Source: Lentisphaeria bacterium
Lineage (GTDB): Bacteria; Verrucomicrobiota; Lentisphaeria; Victivallales; Victivallaceae
Reading direction: 5' to 3'
Assembly (NCBI GenBank): GCA_017504435.1
Contig: JAFVRD010000035.1
Location: 24,606 to 88,605, forward strand
DNA length: 64,000 nt
A program made the translations under genes and the position numbers. This document shows, in pieces, positions 28,227-38,694 of this stretch. The notes below the pieces were generated by a model. That model was given only the letters and a program-made list of their open reading frames with translations. It had not been told where the DNA came from and ran no database searches. Positions within the stretch are counted from its first letter, which is position 1; each line of letters opens with the position of its first letter.

Positions 28227-28964
28227 ATGAATCGTCAGGACTTTGCAGACTGTTTCCGGCAAATGTGCAAACAATACAATATAAAGCAAAAAGATCTTGC
28301 TGAATGTCTTGGGTTGTCTTGCGCTGCGATTTCACAGTTTATGAGTGGAGTCTCCCTGCCCAGCCAGGATCAAATGGATAAAATGCTGCTCAAAATGTCA
28401 GTTTCTCCCCGCGATGCCGGAACCATGCGGTTCCGTCTGATGATCGCCCGTTCGGAGAAAATCAAAAAAGAGATTCCGGAAAACAACAGTATCTGGCCCA
28501 TACCGCAAGATTATGTCCCCATCGGAGTACCGAACTCTCCGGATATTCTGTTTGGAGATCCCGGTTCTCTGCCGGCAATACCGGTGATCCATCTGGAGGA
28601 CTTAAACACCTACTCGCCGAATGAAGCATTGCACTCATTTGCCAAAAGAAATATGAGGCGCATCATCCGCCGGGATGTCGGTTCTTTCGGCACAGTAGTT
28701 GCGGTTGAAACTTCCGGTTCAGATATAGATATCGCCTGCAGCGGAGTGATAAATTTACTGCTGATGGAGAATATGCCGGATAATTGCTCTTCTCTGGAGC
28801 TTTGTAAATTTCCGGACAACACATACTCGATTGCCGCCTCCGACCAAAGTCCACGTTGGCAATCTTTCACCAGTATTCAGCCTCAGAATTCCACTCCGGA
28901 ATGGAAACTGCCGGTTCTGGAGATGAGCATAACTCCACTGCTCCGCAAAAACGATACAGATTAA
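28227..28964 (+). CDS. XRE-family HTH protein with uncharacterised C-terminal domain
   Basis: HTH_3-like region: YNIKQKDLAECLGLSCAAISQFMSGVSLPSQDQMDKM. ATG at 28227 with AGGA upstream is preferred over the TTG at 28161. Confidence 0.6.
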   Translation: MNRQDFADCFRQMCKQYNIKQKDLAECLGLSCAAISQFMSGVSLPSQDQMDKMLLKMSVSPRDAGTMRFRLMIARSEKIKKEIPENNSIWPIPQDYVPIGVPNSPDILFGDPGSLPAIPVIHLEDLNTYSPNEALHSFAKRNMRRIIRRDVGSFGTVVAVETSGSDIDIACSGVINLLLMENMPDNCSSLELCKFPDNTYSIAASDQSPRWQSFTSIQPQNSTPEWKLPVLEMSITPLLRKNDTD

Positions 28965-28981
28965 AAAGGATATAAAAAAAC

Positions 28982-29215
28982 ATGAGATGCTGTTTGCTTG
29001 GGGTCATAATCGGAATTCTGCTTTCCGCGGCTTGTGTATATTATTTCCATCGTTGGAAAAATCCGGAACACTCCTCAGATGACATGAAAAAAATTGAGCA
29101 AACCTGGGAAAGTGCAAAATCAACCGGTGATAAAATGATCGAATCGGTCAAACCGTATGCCGGACAACCGCAATCATCACCGGAAAACACTAAAGATAAC
29201 ACTCTGGAAAATTGA
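28982..29215 (+). CDS. Small single-pass membrane protein, hypothetical
   Basis: AAGGA SD. N-terminal TM segment (CCLLGVIIGILLSAACVYYF) followed by a polar tail. Its stop overlaps the uppP start region. Confidence 0.45.
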   Translation: MRCCLLGVIIGILLSAACVYYFHRWKNPEHSSDDMKKIEQTWESAKSTGDKMIESVKPYAGQPQSSPENTKDNTLEN

Positions 29216-29217
29216 TT

Positions 29218-30018
29218 ATGCTGAAAGTAATATTATTAGCTGTTATTCAAGGTTTGACCGAATTTCTGCCGGTAAGTTCATCCGGACATCTGGCAGTTTT
29301 CAGCAGCCTTTTCGGGATGAATACTGAAACCGGGATCTCTCTGGGAATAGTCCTGCATGCCGGTTCGCTATTGGCGATCGCAACATTTTACTTCCATACC
29401 TTGCTGGGTTTTCTGAAAAAAGATCAGTTCCATCTGCTCGGCATGGTCATCCTGGGATCAATTCCGGCGGGAGTCGCAGGAATGTTGCTGAAATACAGCG
29501 GTCTGGCCGAAAAACTTTTCGGTGATATGATGTCTGTAGCACTTGGTTTTCTTATCACCGCAAGTTTGCTCCGGCTAACCGGAAAACGCAAACTTGTCTC
29601 CGATGCCGGAACTGAATTGAAAAATATCTCGGTCAGACAATCTCTTGCCGTCGGTTTTGCCCAGATGTTCGCCATTATGCCGGGGATTTCCCGTTCCGGC
29701 AGTACGATTGCAGCCGGGATACTCTCCGGAATCAAATTTGAAGCTGCAGCGACATTCTCTTTTTTACTGGCACTGCCTGCCATTGCCGGTGCAACGTTAC
29801 TTGAAATCATGGAACTGGCAAAATGCAACTTCAAGCTGGACGGTCTTGAAATATACCATTTGCTGACCGGATTCGCAGTGTCCGCACTGGTCAGTTTCGC
29901 AGCGTTGATACTTTTAGTCAAAATCGTCAAAAGCGGTAAATTATCCTATTTTTCCTGGTATCTGTTTCTGCTTGGAGCCGGTTTGATGATATGGCAAATA
30001 ATCTCCATGGGAAAATAA
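29218..30018 (+). CDS. uppP: Undecaprenyl-diphosphate phosphatase
   Basis: BacA/UppP motifs: QGLTEFLPVSSSGHL and PGISRSGSTI. ATG at 29218 preferred; the TTG at 29212 is possible. Confidence 0.9.
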   Translation: MLKVILLAVIQGLTEFLPVSSSGHLAVFSSLFGMNTETGISLGIVLHAGSLLAIATFYFHTLLGFLKKDQFHLLGMVILGSIPAGVAGMLLKYSGLAEKLFGDMMSVALGFLITASLLRLTGKRKLVSDAGTELKNISVRQSLAVGFAQMFAIMPGISRSGSTIAAGILSGIKFEAAATFSFLLALPAIAGATLLEIMELAKCNFKLDGLEIYHLLTGFAVSALVSFAALILLVKIVKSGKLSYFSWYLFLLGAGLMIWQIISMGK

Positions 30019-30019
30019 T

Positions 30020-30823
30020 ATGAAAGAACTTTTTTTTATCGGAAGCGGCAAAATGGCAACCGCCATTGCCGGAGGTATCATCAAAGCAGGTTTATTCACT
30101 CCGGAACAAATGGGGGCATTTGACCCGGATACCGGTGCAGCGGCGAACTTCACCAAACTCACCGGAGTAAAAGCGGTCAGTGATTCTCCTGTTGATGGTA
30201 TATCATCCGGCAAAGCAGTTGTTATAGCCGTAAAACCTCAAGTGCTGGACAAAGCTCTGGCAGAATTCAAAGAGCTGCTGAAAGACAAACTGATCCTCTC
30301 CATTGCCGCCGGAATCACGCTTGAACATCTCGCTCAGATAACCGGTGCGCGCCGGATAGTCCGGATCATGCCGAACACCCCGGCTCTGGTCGGTTGCGGT
30401 GCCGCAGCATACGCCGGAAATTCAGGTGTCATGCCGGAGGATTTGGAACTTACGGAAAAAATTTTCTCTGCCGTGGGAACCGTATGCCGCTTGAAAGAAA
30501 CTGATTTGGATGCAGTCACAGCTCTGTCCGGAAGCGGTCCGGCTTATGTTTTTGAATTCATACAAGCTTTGGCAGACGGTGGAGTCGCAGAAGGATTGCC
30601 GCGGGATACCGCACAGCTCCTTGCTGTCCAGACTCTCATCGGGGCTGCAAAAATGGTATTGGAAACCGGCGAACACCCATCGTCTCTCAAAGATAAAGTT
30701 ACCAGTCCGGGAGGAACCACCAGCCGGGGATTGGAAGTTCTGGCGAAAAATGCGTTTTCCGGCATAGTAATGCAAGCAGTCAGAGCAGCCGCTGTCCGCT
30801 CCAGAGAATTGGGAAAGAAATAA
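30020..30823 (+). CDS. proC: Pyrroline-5-carboxylate reductase
   Basis: FIGSGKMATAI Rossmann motif, RIMPNTPALVG, and LSGSGPAYVF...SPGGTT. Confidence 0.9.
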   Translation: MKELFFIGSGKMATAIAGGIIKAGLFTPEQMGAFDPDTGAAANFTKLTGVKAVSDSPVDGISSGKAVVIAVKPQVLDKALAEFKELLKDKLILSIAAGITLEHLAQITGARRIVRIMPNTPALVGCGAAAYAGNSGVMPEDLELTEKIFSAVGTVCRLKETDLDAVTALSGSGPAYVFEFIQALADGGVAEGLPRDTAQLLAVQTLIGAAKMVLETGEHPSSLKDKVTSPGGTTSRGLEVLAKNAFSGIVMQAVRAAAVRSRELGKK

Positions 30824-30827
30824 TTTT

Positions 30828-31595
30828 ATGGATATTACAATTCCAGAAAAATGTCTCTCGGTAGTCATGCCGGTATACAATGAAGAAAACACCATCTGTA
30901 CTATAGTTCAATCGGTTCTGGCAAGAACTGAAGTCGGAGAATTGATCATCATTGATGATGCATCAAAAGATGCCAGTTGGGAAAAATTACAGATTTTTGC
31001 CGATATTCCGGAAGTAAAACTGCTGCATCAGGAGGTCAATCAAGGCAAAGGCGCAGCTATCATCCGCGGTTTTGCGGAAGCTTCGTTACCTTTTGTGGTC
31101 ATTCAGGATGCGGATTTTGAGTATACTCCGGAAGATTACCCCAAACTGCTCGCGCCTCTGATTGCAGACAAAGCAGAGGTCGTTTACGGTTCACGATTCA
31201 TGAATGTTCCGGGACAAGTGCGCTTTTTCAAACATGAAATGGGCAACAAATTATTGACATTCTGTTCCAATTTTTTCTCAGACATCCATTTATCCGACAT
31301 GGAAACATGCTACAAATGTTTCAAACGTGAGGTCATTCAAAATCTGCTCCTTACTTCAAAACGTTTCGGCATTGAAGTTGAAATGACCGCAAAACTTGCC
31401 CGTTCCAGAAAATTGCGGATATGGGAAGTCCCGATATCCTATTGCCCCAGACGTTATGATGAAGGTAAAAAAATCGGCTGGCGAGACGGGATCGCCGCAT
31501 TTTGGCACATTGTCAGATTCAACTGCTTTACCAGCGAAAAAAAGTGTTACCGCAAACCGTGGGAAAAGATATTGCCAGCCTTGATAAATCGCTGA
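30828..31595 (+). CDS. Family 2 glycosyltransferase (polyprenol-phosphate sugar transferase-like)
   Basis: VVMPVYNEE, IIIDDASKD, and a QDADFEY DxD-type motif. Confidence 0.85.
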   Translation: MDITIPEKCLSVVMPVYNEENTICTIVQSVLARTEVGELIIIDDASKDASWEKLQIFADIPEVKLLHQEVNQGKGAAIIRGFAEASLPFVVIQDADFEYTPEDYPKLLAPLIADKAEVVYGSRFMNVPGQVRFFKHEMGNKLLTFCSNFFSDIHLSDMETCYKCFKREVIQNLLLTSKRFGIEVEMTAKLARSRKLRIWEVPISYCPRRYDEGKKIGWRDGIAAFWHIVRFNCFTSEKKCYRKPWEKILPALINR

Positions 31596-31672
31596 ATCGG
31601 GGCTATTTTATAAGAATGACGAAATTAATGATCTAAATGATCTGAACAAACATAAAATAAGGAATTTTTATC

Positions 31673-33331
31673 ATGAGTAAGATCTCTCCGCTTCAAAAGG
31701 CGCGTGCCGCCTATGCCCCGAAACTTCCCGCCGCACTCGCAAATGGCGCATCTGTCTGCGTTCAGGAAGGCGGTGCCACCACTGCTGTGGCTGATGTGGA
31801 AAAAATCCAGGCCCTTTTCAAAAGCACGTTCGGCAGTCCGGTATTGACTTTCGCTCCCGGTAAAGGCGAAACCAAACCCGCGATCAATGTCGGTGTCATT
31901 CTCTCCGGAGGTCAGGCTCCCGGTGGTCACAACGTTATTGCCGGTCTGTTTGACGGTTTGAAATCCATGAATAAAGACAGCCGCCTGTTCGGTTTCCTCA
32001 AAGGTCCTGACGGTCTGGTCAAAAATGAATGCATGGAGTTGACCTCTGATATCATCGACGCCTACCGCAACACCGGCGGATTCGATATGATCGGTTCCGG
32101 CCGTACCAAATTGGAAGAAGAAGCCCAATTCATCGCAGCTAAAGCCAGTTGTGAAAAATTCGGCATCTCCGCATTGGTCATCATCGGCGGTGATGACTCC
32201 AACACCAACGCCTGCGTACTGGCGGAATATTTTAAAAGCAACGGTATTCCCATTCAGGTCATCGGCTGCCCCAAAACAATTGATGGCGACCTCAAAAATG
32301 AATGGATCGAAGCCAGCTTTGGTTTTGATACCGCATGCCGCGTTTACAGCGAATTGATCGGTAATATCGGCAGAGATGCCAATTCTGCGAAAAAATATTG
32401 GCATTTCATCAAACTTATGGGACGTTCAGCATCTCACATCGCTTTGGAATGTGCTCTGCAGACCCAGCCCAATGCCGCAATCATTTCCGAAGAAGTTGCT
32501 GCCAAAAAGATGACTCTCGCTCAGATCGTCGATGATCTCGCCGCTGTCGTTGCCAAACGTGCCGCCAACGGCATGAATTTCGGTGTTGCTCTCATCCCCG
32601 AAGGTTTGGTGGAATTTATTCCGGAAATCAAAGTTCTGATTGCGGAACTCAATGATCTGCTCGCCGCCAATGCCACGGCGGTGGAAGCCATGGACAAAAC
32701 TGAAAAAGTCGCATTTGCCGCCGGCAAACTCTCTGCGGCATCTGCCAATGTTTTCAAATCACTTCCCGCCGGTATCCAGATGCAGCTCTGCAACGACCGC
32801 GATCCCCACGGCAACGTGCAGGTCTCACTGATCGAAACCGAAAAAATGCTCGCCGAAATGGTCGGCACCAAACTCAAGGAGATGAAAGCTGCCGGTTCTT
32901 ACAAAGGCAAATTCTCCACTCAAACCCACTTTTTCGGTTATGAAGGCCGTTGCGCAGCTCCGTCCAATTACGATGCGGACTACTGCTACAGCCTCGGATT
33001 CAATGCCGCTGCTTTGATCGGCGCCGGACGTACCGGTTACATGTCCAGCGTCCGGAACACTATGAAACCTGCCTCCGAATGGATCGCCGGCGGTATTCCG
33101 ATCACCATGATGCTCAACATGGAACGCCGTCACGGCGCAGACAAACCGGTCATCCGTAAAGCTCTGGTTGAACTTGACGGAGCCCCGTTTGCCGCATTTG
33201 CCGCAAATCGCGAAGTCTGGGCAGAAAAAACCAGTTTTGTCTATCCCGGTCCGATCCAGTATTTCGGTCCGTCTGAAGTCTGTGATCTGGTCACCAAAAC
33301 TCTTACTTTGGAAAAAGGCGGTACGCTCTGA
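31673..33331 (+). CDS. pfp: Diphosphate--fructose-6-phosphate 1-phosphotransferase (PPi-PFK)
   Basis: 552-aa long PFK: [31 protein letters not shown] and MGRSASHI. Confidence 0.9.
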   Translation: MSKISPLQKARAAYAPKLPAALANGASVCVQEGGATTAVADVEKIQALFKSTFGSPVLTFAPGKGETKPAINVGVILSGGQAPGGHNVIAGLFDGLKSMNKDSRLFGFLKGPDGLVKNECMELTSDIIDAYRNTGGFDMIGSGRTKLEEEAQFIAAKASCEKFGISALVIIGGDDSNTNACVLAEYFKSNGIPIQVIGCPKTIDGDLKNEWIEASFGFDTACRVYSELIGNIGRDANSAKKYWHFIKLMGRSASHIALECALQTQPNAAIISEEVAAKKMTLAQIVDDLAAVVAKRAANGMNFGVALIPEGLVEFIPEIKVLIAELNDLLAANATAVEAMDKTEKVAFAAGKLSAASANVFKSLPAGIQMQLCNDRDPHGNVQVSLIETEKMLAEMVGTKLKEMKAAGSYKGKFSTQTHFFGYEGRCAAPSNYDADYCYSLGFNAAALIGAGRTGYMSSVRNTMKPASEWIAGGIPITMMLNMERRHGADKPVIRKALVELDGAPFAAFAANREVWAEKTSFVYPGPIQYFGPSEVCDLVTKTLTLEKGGTL

Positions 33332-33630
33332 TGGAATCGGCTGTCGATATAAAATACGTTGCCGATCTGGCACGACTGGATCTTTCTGCTGAACAGGCGG
33401 AAAAGATCCAGGGTGAACTGGGTCGCATTGTGGATTACATCGCGGAACTTGCGGAAGTGGATGTTTCCGGAGTGGAACCGACTGCCCATGCCGCTCAATT
33501 GACCAATGTATGGCGGGAAGATGCGGCAAAACCCTCTTTCCCCCGCAGCGAAATGCTCGCCAATGCCCCCGGTATTATCCACGAAGAACTTATCAAAGTT
33601 CCCCGGGTTCTGCCCAGTGAGGAGGAGTAA
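33331..33630 (+). CDS. gatC: Asp/Glu-tRNA amidotransferase subunit C
   Basis: ATG overlaps the pfp stop (TGATG). VADLARLDLSAEQAEKIQGELGRIVDYI is typical of GatC. Confidence 0.9.
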   Translation: MESAVDIKYVADLARLDLSAEQAEKIQGELGRIVDYIAELAEVDVSGVEPTAHAAQLTNVWREDAAKPSFPRSEMLANAPGIIHEELIKVPRVLPSEEE

Positions 33631-33633
33631 AGC

Positions 33634-35073
33634 ATGGATATCAGAAAAGCGGCTTTGCACAATCTGGCTGAAGCTCTCAAAAACAAGGAGTTCTCATCCG
33701 AAGAGTTATGCCGGGAATATTTGAAACAAATTGACACCCGCGACCATGAGATCGGTGCATTTCTGGAAATTGACCGGGAAAATATGCTCAATGCGGCCAA
33801 AGCATCCGATGCCCGCCGTGCAGCAGGAAACATTCTCAGCGATTACGATGGATTGCCGATTGCAGTCAAAGACAATATCGCGGTCAAAGGTGAACGCTGT
33901 TCCTGCGCTTCAAAATTGCTGGAACCGGTAAAATCCCCGTATGATGCTACGGCAATTACCGGATTAAAGAATCAGGGGTTCATTCCTTTCGGCAGATTGA
34001 ACATGGATGAATTTGCCATGGGCTCCAGTTGTGAAAACAGTGCGTTCAAACGCACTGCCAACCCACTGGATACGACCCGGGTCCCCGGCGGTTCCTCCGG
34101 CGGCTCTGCCGCATGTGTTGCAGCAGACTTTGCGCCGGCGGCATTGGGTTCCGACACCGGCGGTTCGATCCGTCAGCCGGCGGCATTCTGCGGTGTAGTC
34201 GGCGTAAAACCGACCTACGGCAGAGTTTCCCGCTACGGTCTGGTGGCATTTGCATCCAGTTTGGATCAGATCGGTCCGTTGTGTAATGATGCAATCGATG
34301 CCGGTATCATTCTGGATGCGATCTCCGGTGTAGATGCTCATGACTCAACCACGTTGCCCAATGCAGTGGACAATTATACTGCCGCAGCTTGGGAAGGATC
34401 AAAATCCGGTTCACTTGCCGGATTGAAATTCGGTCTGCCCAAAGAGTATTTCGCAAGCGGCATGGATGCCGGAGTGGCAAAGGTCATGGATGAAAGCATT
34501 GCCAAAGTCAAATCTCTCGGCGGTGAAATCGTCGATGTTTCCCTGCCGCATACTAAATATGCTGTAGCAGTATACTATATCATCGCCACAGCAGAAGCCA
34601 GTGCCAACCTGGCACGATTTGACGGCATCCGGTATGGAGCAAGAAAAGATGCCAACGGATTGGTGGACACCTACTATAAATCCCGCGGAGCCGGTTTCGG
34701 CGATGAGGTAAAACGGCGCATTCTGCTGGGAACGTATGTTTTGTCCAGCGGATATTACGATGCGTATTATCTGCGCGCACAGCGGGTGCGCACATTGATC
34801 CGTAAAGATTTTGAAAATGCGTTTACCAAATGCGATCTGCTGTTGACACCGGTAACTCCGGGAGTGGCATTCAAGTTCAATGAAAAAAGTGATCCGTTGC
34901 AAATGTACCTGTCGGATATCTACACGATCGCACTGAATTTGTCAGGTCATTGCGGTATCAGCATTCCGGCGGGAATTGATTCTGCCACCGGAATGCCGGT
35001 AGCGGCTCAAATCATGGCCCCTGCCCTCGGCGAAGCCAAAATGCTTAACGCAGCAGCAGCATTCATGCGGTAA
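33634..35073 (+). CDS. gatA: Asp/Glu-tRNA amidotransferase subunit A
   Basis: Amidase signature GGSSGGSAACVA...GSDTGGSIRQPA. Confidence 0.95.
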   Translation: MDIRKAALHNLAEALKNKEFSSEELCREYLKQIDTRDHEIGAFLEIDRENMLNAAKASDARRAAGNILSDYDGLPIAVKDNIAVKGERCSCASKLLEPVKSPYDATAITGLKNQGFIPFGRLNMDEFAMGSSCENSAFKRTANPLDTTRVPGGSSGGSAACVAADFAPAALGSDTGGSIRQPAAFCGVVGVKPTYGRVSRYGLVAFASSLDQIGPLCNDAIDAGIILDAISGVDAHDSTTLPNAVDNYTAAAWEGSKSGSLAGLKFGLPKEYFASGMDAGVAKVMDESIAKVKSLGGEIVDVSLPHTKYAVAVYYIIATAEASANLARFDGIRYGARKDANGLVDTYYKSRGAGFGDEVKRRILLGTYVLSSGYYDAYYLRAQRVRTLIRKDFENAFTKCDLLLTPVTPGVAFKFNEKSDPLQMYLSDIYTIALNLSGHCGISIPAGIDSATGMPVAAQIMAPALGEAKMLNAAAAFMR

Positions 35074-35078
35074 ACACA

Positions 35079-35591
35079 ATGATAATCCTCGGTATAGATC
35101 CGGCGATACGCACCACCGGGTACGGTGTGATAAGTGCCGACCCTCAAGCCGGAAGCGGTATGGAAATATTGGATTGCGGAGTGATCCGCAATCCGGCATC
35201 CATGCCGCATACCGGGTGCCTGCACCGATTATACGGCGGCATCAGTGAACTGGTGTCGCTTTATCATCCTGATTGCGCGGTTTTGGAAGAGCCGTTTGTG
35301 GGACGCAACGCTAAAACTGCGATTATACTCGGCATGGCGCGCGGGGGGATTCTGGCTGCGCTTGCCAATTGCAATATACCTGCCTACGCATATACGCCCA
35401 GGGTAGCAAAACGTGCTGCGACCGGTAGCGGCAGTGCCGACAAATCCCGGATCGCATTTCTGCTGGCGGCGGAATTCGGCATTGAAGTGGAAAATATACC
35501 GCTGGACAGTACTGATGCTCTGGCATTGGCGATGTGCCATATTCAGCGTTTACGTTTCCCCACATTGAATGGCACCGGAAAAATGCTCTGA
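35079..35591 (+). CDS. ruvC: Crossover junction endodeoxyribonuclease
   Basis: MIILGIDPAIRTTGYGVI, EEPFVGRNAKTAI and DSTDALALAMCH. Confidence 0.9.
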   Translation: MIILGIDPAIRTTGYGVISADPQAGSGMEILDCGVIRNPASMPHTGCLHRLYGGISELVSLYHPDCAVLEEPFVGRNAKTAIILGMARGGILAALANCNIPAYAYTPRVAKRAATGSGSADKSRIAFLLAAEFGIEVENIPLDSTDALALAMCHIQRLRFPTLNGTGKML

Positions 35592-36190
35592 TGGCAAGCG
35601 ATTTTCACACTCATTATCTGCCGGCAGACCACTGCAGAGCGTTGTTATCAACTTCAGATCCGCAGGCCGGAGAATTTGTTTCATTGGAATATCATCCCTG
35701 GCATTTACCGGAAAATTTCACGGTGATTCCACAAGATTTTCCGGAAAAGCTTGCCGGATTTAATGCGTTGGGAGAAATCGGGCTTGATAAATTGCACGGG
35801 GCATCACCGGATATTCAACTGCACTGCCTGGAACAACTTCTGCAGCTTGCCCATGAAATGAATAAACCGGTAGTTTTGCACGTTGTCCGGTGCTATCAGG
35901 AAATATTTGCCTTGCTGAAACGTTTTTCTCTCCGGGTCATGGTGCATGGTTTCTGCGGTTCTCCGGAGTTGCTGGATGAGTTATGGAAAAGGGATATTAC
36001 AGTTTCATTTCCGGTCAACGCACTTAAAAAAACTGCATTGATGGATAAATTAACCGCCCCACGGGGAAGATTCGGATTTGAAAGTGACTGTAATCAAAAT
36101 ATATCGGTAAATGAAATCATAAACAAAAGCATGATTCCCGGTGTAGAAAAGATGACAGATCAATATTTTAACGATTTTTTGGGAATTTGA
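35591..36190 (+). CDS. TatD-family metal-dependent hydrolase (short form)
   Basis: ATG overlaps the ruvC stop by 1 nt. Motifs DFHTH, GEIGLD, PVVLHVVR and HGFCGS. The track start at 35534 was rejected. Confidence 0.7.
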   Translation: MASDFHTHYLPADHCRALLSTSDPQAGEFVSLEYHPWHLPENFTVIPQDFPEKLAGFNALGEIGLDKLHGASPDIQLHCLEQLLQLAHEMNKPVVLHVVRCYQEIFALLKRFSLRVMVHGFCGSPELLDELWKRDITVSFPVNALKKTALMDKLTAPRGRFGFESDCNQNISVNEIINKSMIPGVEKMTDQYFNDFLGI

Positions 36191-36194
36191 TACA

Positions 36195-36893
36195 ATGAAG
36201 CGTATTCAGGAACGTTTTTCCCGTACAGCACTGCTCATTGGCGAAAACACCGTCAATGCTCTTGCCGATAAAAAAGTCCTGATCGTCGGTGTCGGCGGTG
36301 TAGGCGGACATGCGGCAGAAAATATCGCCCGGTGCGGAGTAGGACATCTGACTCTGGTGGACGGAGATACTGTAGATATCACCAACTGCAACCGTCAGAT
36401 TATTGCAACAGAGCACGTCATCGGCTTTCCCAAAGCAGAAGTATTGGCATCACGCTGCAGAGATATCAATCCGGCGGGTAACTTCACGGCAAAGGTAAAA
36501 TTCCTGAAAACTCCGGAAGATATTGCAGAAATACTGAAAGAAAATTTTGATTTTGCCGTCGATGCGATCGACGATGTTTCTGCCAAAACTGAATTGATCA
36601 GGCAGTTGAAAATACACAATATCCCTTTCATCAGCGCAATGGGAGCAGGAGGGAAACTGGATCCTTCACAGATCCTGACTGCAGATATATCCAAAACCTA
36701 TGGCTGTCCGCTGGCGAGAGTCATGCGGGGAAAATTAAAGGCAATCGGGATCGTCAAAGGAGTCAGAACCGTATTTTCTCCGGAAAAACCTCAACGCAGT
36801 TTTGCCGACAGAAAAATCGGCAGTATCAGTTATCTGCCGGCAATTTGCGGATGTTTCTGTGCTGCAGAAGCGATCAGAGAACTGAGCAAGTGA
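36195..36893 (+). CDS. tcdA: tRNA threonylcarbamoyladenosine dehydratase (ThiF/E1-like)
   Basis: VLIVGVGGVGGHAAENIARCGVGHLTLVDGDTVDITNCNRQ. Confidence 0.85.
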   Translation: MKRIQERFSRTALLIGENTVNALADKKVLIVGVGGVGGHAAENIARCGVGHLTLVDGDTVDITNCNRQIIATEHVIGFPKAEVLASRCRDINPAGNFTAKVKFLKTPEDIAEILKENFDFAVDAIDDVSAKTELIRQLKIHNIPFISAMGAGGKLDPSQILTADISKTYGCPLARVMRGKLKAIGIVKGVRTVFSPEKPQRSFADRKIGSISYLPAICGCFCAAEAIRELSK

Positions 36894-36896
36894 CGC

Positions 36897-37547
36897 TCAG
36901 ATATTTTCAAGATACCCGATCATATCATCGACCGAACGGAACACCAGACCGGGATTGATTTTTTCCAATTCCGCTATCCGGGCAGATTTTGCCCAGGCTG
37001 CAGACAAACATTTCACTCCAGCTGCGCGGCAGGCTTCTGCATCGGAAACGGCATCACCTATATATAAGAGTTCATCGGCGTTCAGGGCATATTTTTCCAT
37101 TAAATTGCGCAACTGAGCTGATTTATCATTTTTCAAAGGGGAACCATATTGAAAATCAGTAAAATATTCTTTGAGTTTAAGAACTTCCAAAGAAATTTGA
37201 CAAGTCGTTTCCGATCTTCCGGTCAAAATAGAAACCGGAATATTTCTATCCTGCAGAAAATCCAGCAACTTCCGGCAGCCGGGAAACACGTCCGGACACA
37301 TCTGCAAGTGAAGTTCCCGGTGCAAACGGTAAAAATCTTCCTCCGCTTCCGGAACTTCTCTGCCGATAAAATAACGGATAACGCCGGGTTCATTCATACC
37401 GAAACAGCGGTAGATCATTTCCCGGTCGGGAGCGTTTTCTCCCATGTGTTTCTGCAAAACCAGTTCAAACACAAGCAGACAGAAATCCACACTGTCCGCA
37501 ATAGTGCCGTCAAAGTCAAATGCAATATGCCTGATCATAAACTCCAT
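36897..37547 (-). CDS. HAD-superfamily hydrolase (phosphoglycolate phosphatase-like)
   Basis: DFDGT motif I, LTGRS motif II, and YIGDAVSD motif IV. Confidence 0.8.
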   Translation of the reverse strand: MEFMIRHIAFDFDGTIADSVDFCLLVFELVLQKHMGENAPDREMIYRCFGMNEPGVIRYFIGREVPEAEEDFYRLHRELHLQMCPDVFPGCRKLLDFLQDRNIPVSILTGRSETTCQISLEVLKLKEYFTDFQYGSPLKNDKSAQLRNLMEKYALNADELLYIGDAVSDAEACRAAGVKCLSAAWAKSARIAELEKINPGLVFRSVDDMIGYLENI

Positions 37548-37875
37548 TTTCCCTGTAATTACTCTGTTTCATTGAAAAAAGTCATTTAAACAACTGGATC
37601 GGACAAATAAAATGTTTTTATTTGTAAAAAGAAGTTTTCCTTTTTTCTGATTTTCTCCCCTGCGGGAACAAAGCGGTTACAATATACTTCTGAATAAACC
37701 GTTTTTCAAACCAGAATCAAGCAAAAAAATGTATATTATTAATAAAAAAGACTTGAAAAAATATTGAAATGGCAGTATGTTATAAGAATTGCAACGGTAT
37801 TCCGGGCCCCATATTATTTTTGAGGCTTGACACCCGGGATATCATAAACTAAATTTTTTAAGAAAGGGATTGGTT

Positions 37876-38478
37876 ATGCCAACCGCAAGTCGAGCAAAAC
37901 ACAAATTCTGCCGCCGGATCGGCCAGTGTCTCTGGGGTGATCCGAAATGCCCGAGCGTCAAACGTCCGTATGCCGCAGGTCCTCACGGTAAAGGCCGCCG
38001 GGTCAAACTCTCCACATATGGCGAATTGCTGATGGAGAAACAGAAACTCCGTAACTACTATGCAATCAGTGAAAAACAGCTCCGCATCGCTTTTGCCAAA
38101 GCCAAAAGCGGTACCGGTGTCACTCACGAAAAACTTTTCCGCAGTCTTGAACAGCGTTTGGATGCAATGGTCTACCGCGCCGGTTTCGCCCCGACCATTT
38201 TTGCCGCCAAACAGATGGTCAACCATGGTCACATCCTTGTGGATGGTAAACGGGTTGACCGTTCCAGCTGCATCGTGAAAGAAGGTCAGGTCATCACCAT
38301 TGATGCCGCCAAATCCCCTGCAATCGCTGAAATCGCCAAAAAGAGCAACACCACCGTGCCGGCTTACATGGAAGTCGATCTTGACAACCTGAAAGCCACT
38401 CTTGTCCGCGCTCCGCAAGTCGAAGAGATTCCGGTCTCTGTCAAAATCATGAGCGTTATCGAGTACTACGCCCGGTAA
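37876..38478 (+). CDS. rpsD: 30S ribosomal protein S4
   Basis: MPTASRAKHKFCRRIG..., S4 domain (RLDAMVYRAGFAPTIFAAKQMVNHGHILVDGKRV). ATG at 37876 is preceded by AAGGGA. Confidence 0.95.
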   Translation: MPTASRAKHKFCRRIGQCLWGDPKCPSVKRPYAAGPHGKGRRVKLSTYGELLMEKQKLRNYYAISEKQLRIAFAKAKSGTGVTHEKLFRSLEQRLDAMVYRAGFAPTIFAAKQMVNHGHILVDGKRVDRSSCIVKEGQVITIDAAKSPAIAEIAKKSNTTVPAYMEVDLDNLKATLVRAPQVEEIPVSVKIMSVIEYYAR

Positions 38479-38496
38479 TCTGCGCTGCAGAAAATC

Positions 38497-38537
38497 AAAG
38501 GATTGCTGCCCATTTTCAGGGTGGCAATCCTTTTTTA
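38497..38537 (+). terminator. Rho-independent terminator of rpsD
   Basis: AAAGGATTGC-17-nt loop-GCAATCCTTT, running into a TTTTTT tract. Confidence 0.65.
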
Positions 38538-38694
38538 TTTGTCTGCCCGCTTCGCTTGTTTGCAAAGTTCCGGTCAGATAAATCATTTCAGTTCAATTAT
38601 ATTCTTTAGATATAAAAAAGTATCTTTGGCATTGTTTTTTTGATATTCCCAATGTATATTGAAACGAATCATAAAACAATTCAGAGGAATAATT

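Noticed and set aside
31625-32404. 259-aa minus-strand ORF opposite pfp, and 234-aa ORF at 32825-33529
   Set aside because: The plus-strand PPi-PFK and GatC assignments are unambiguous, so these are treated as antisense artefacts.
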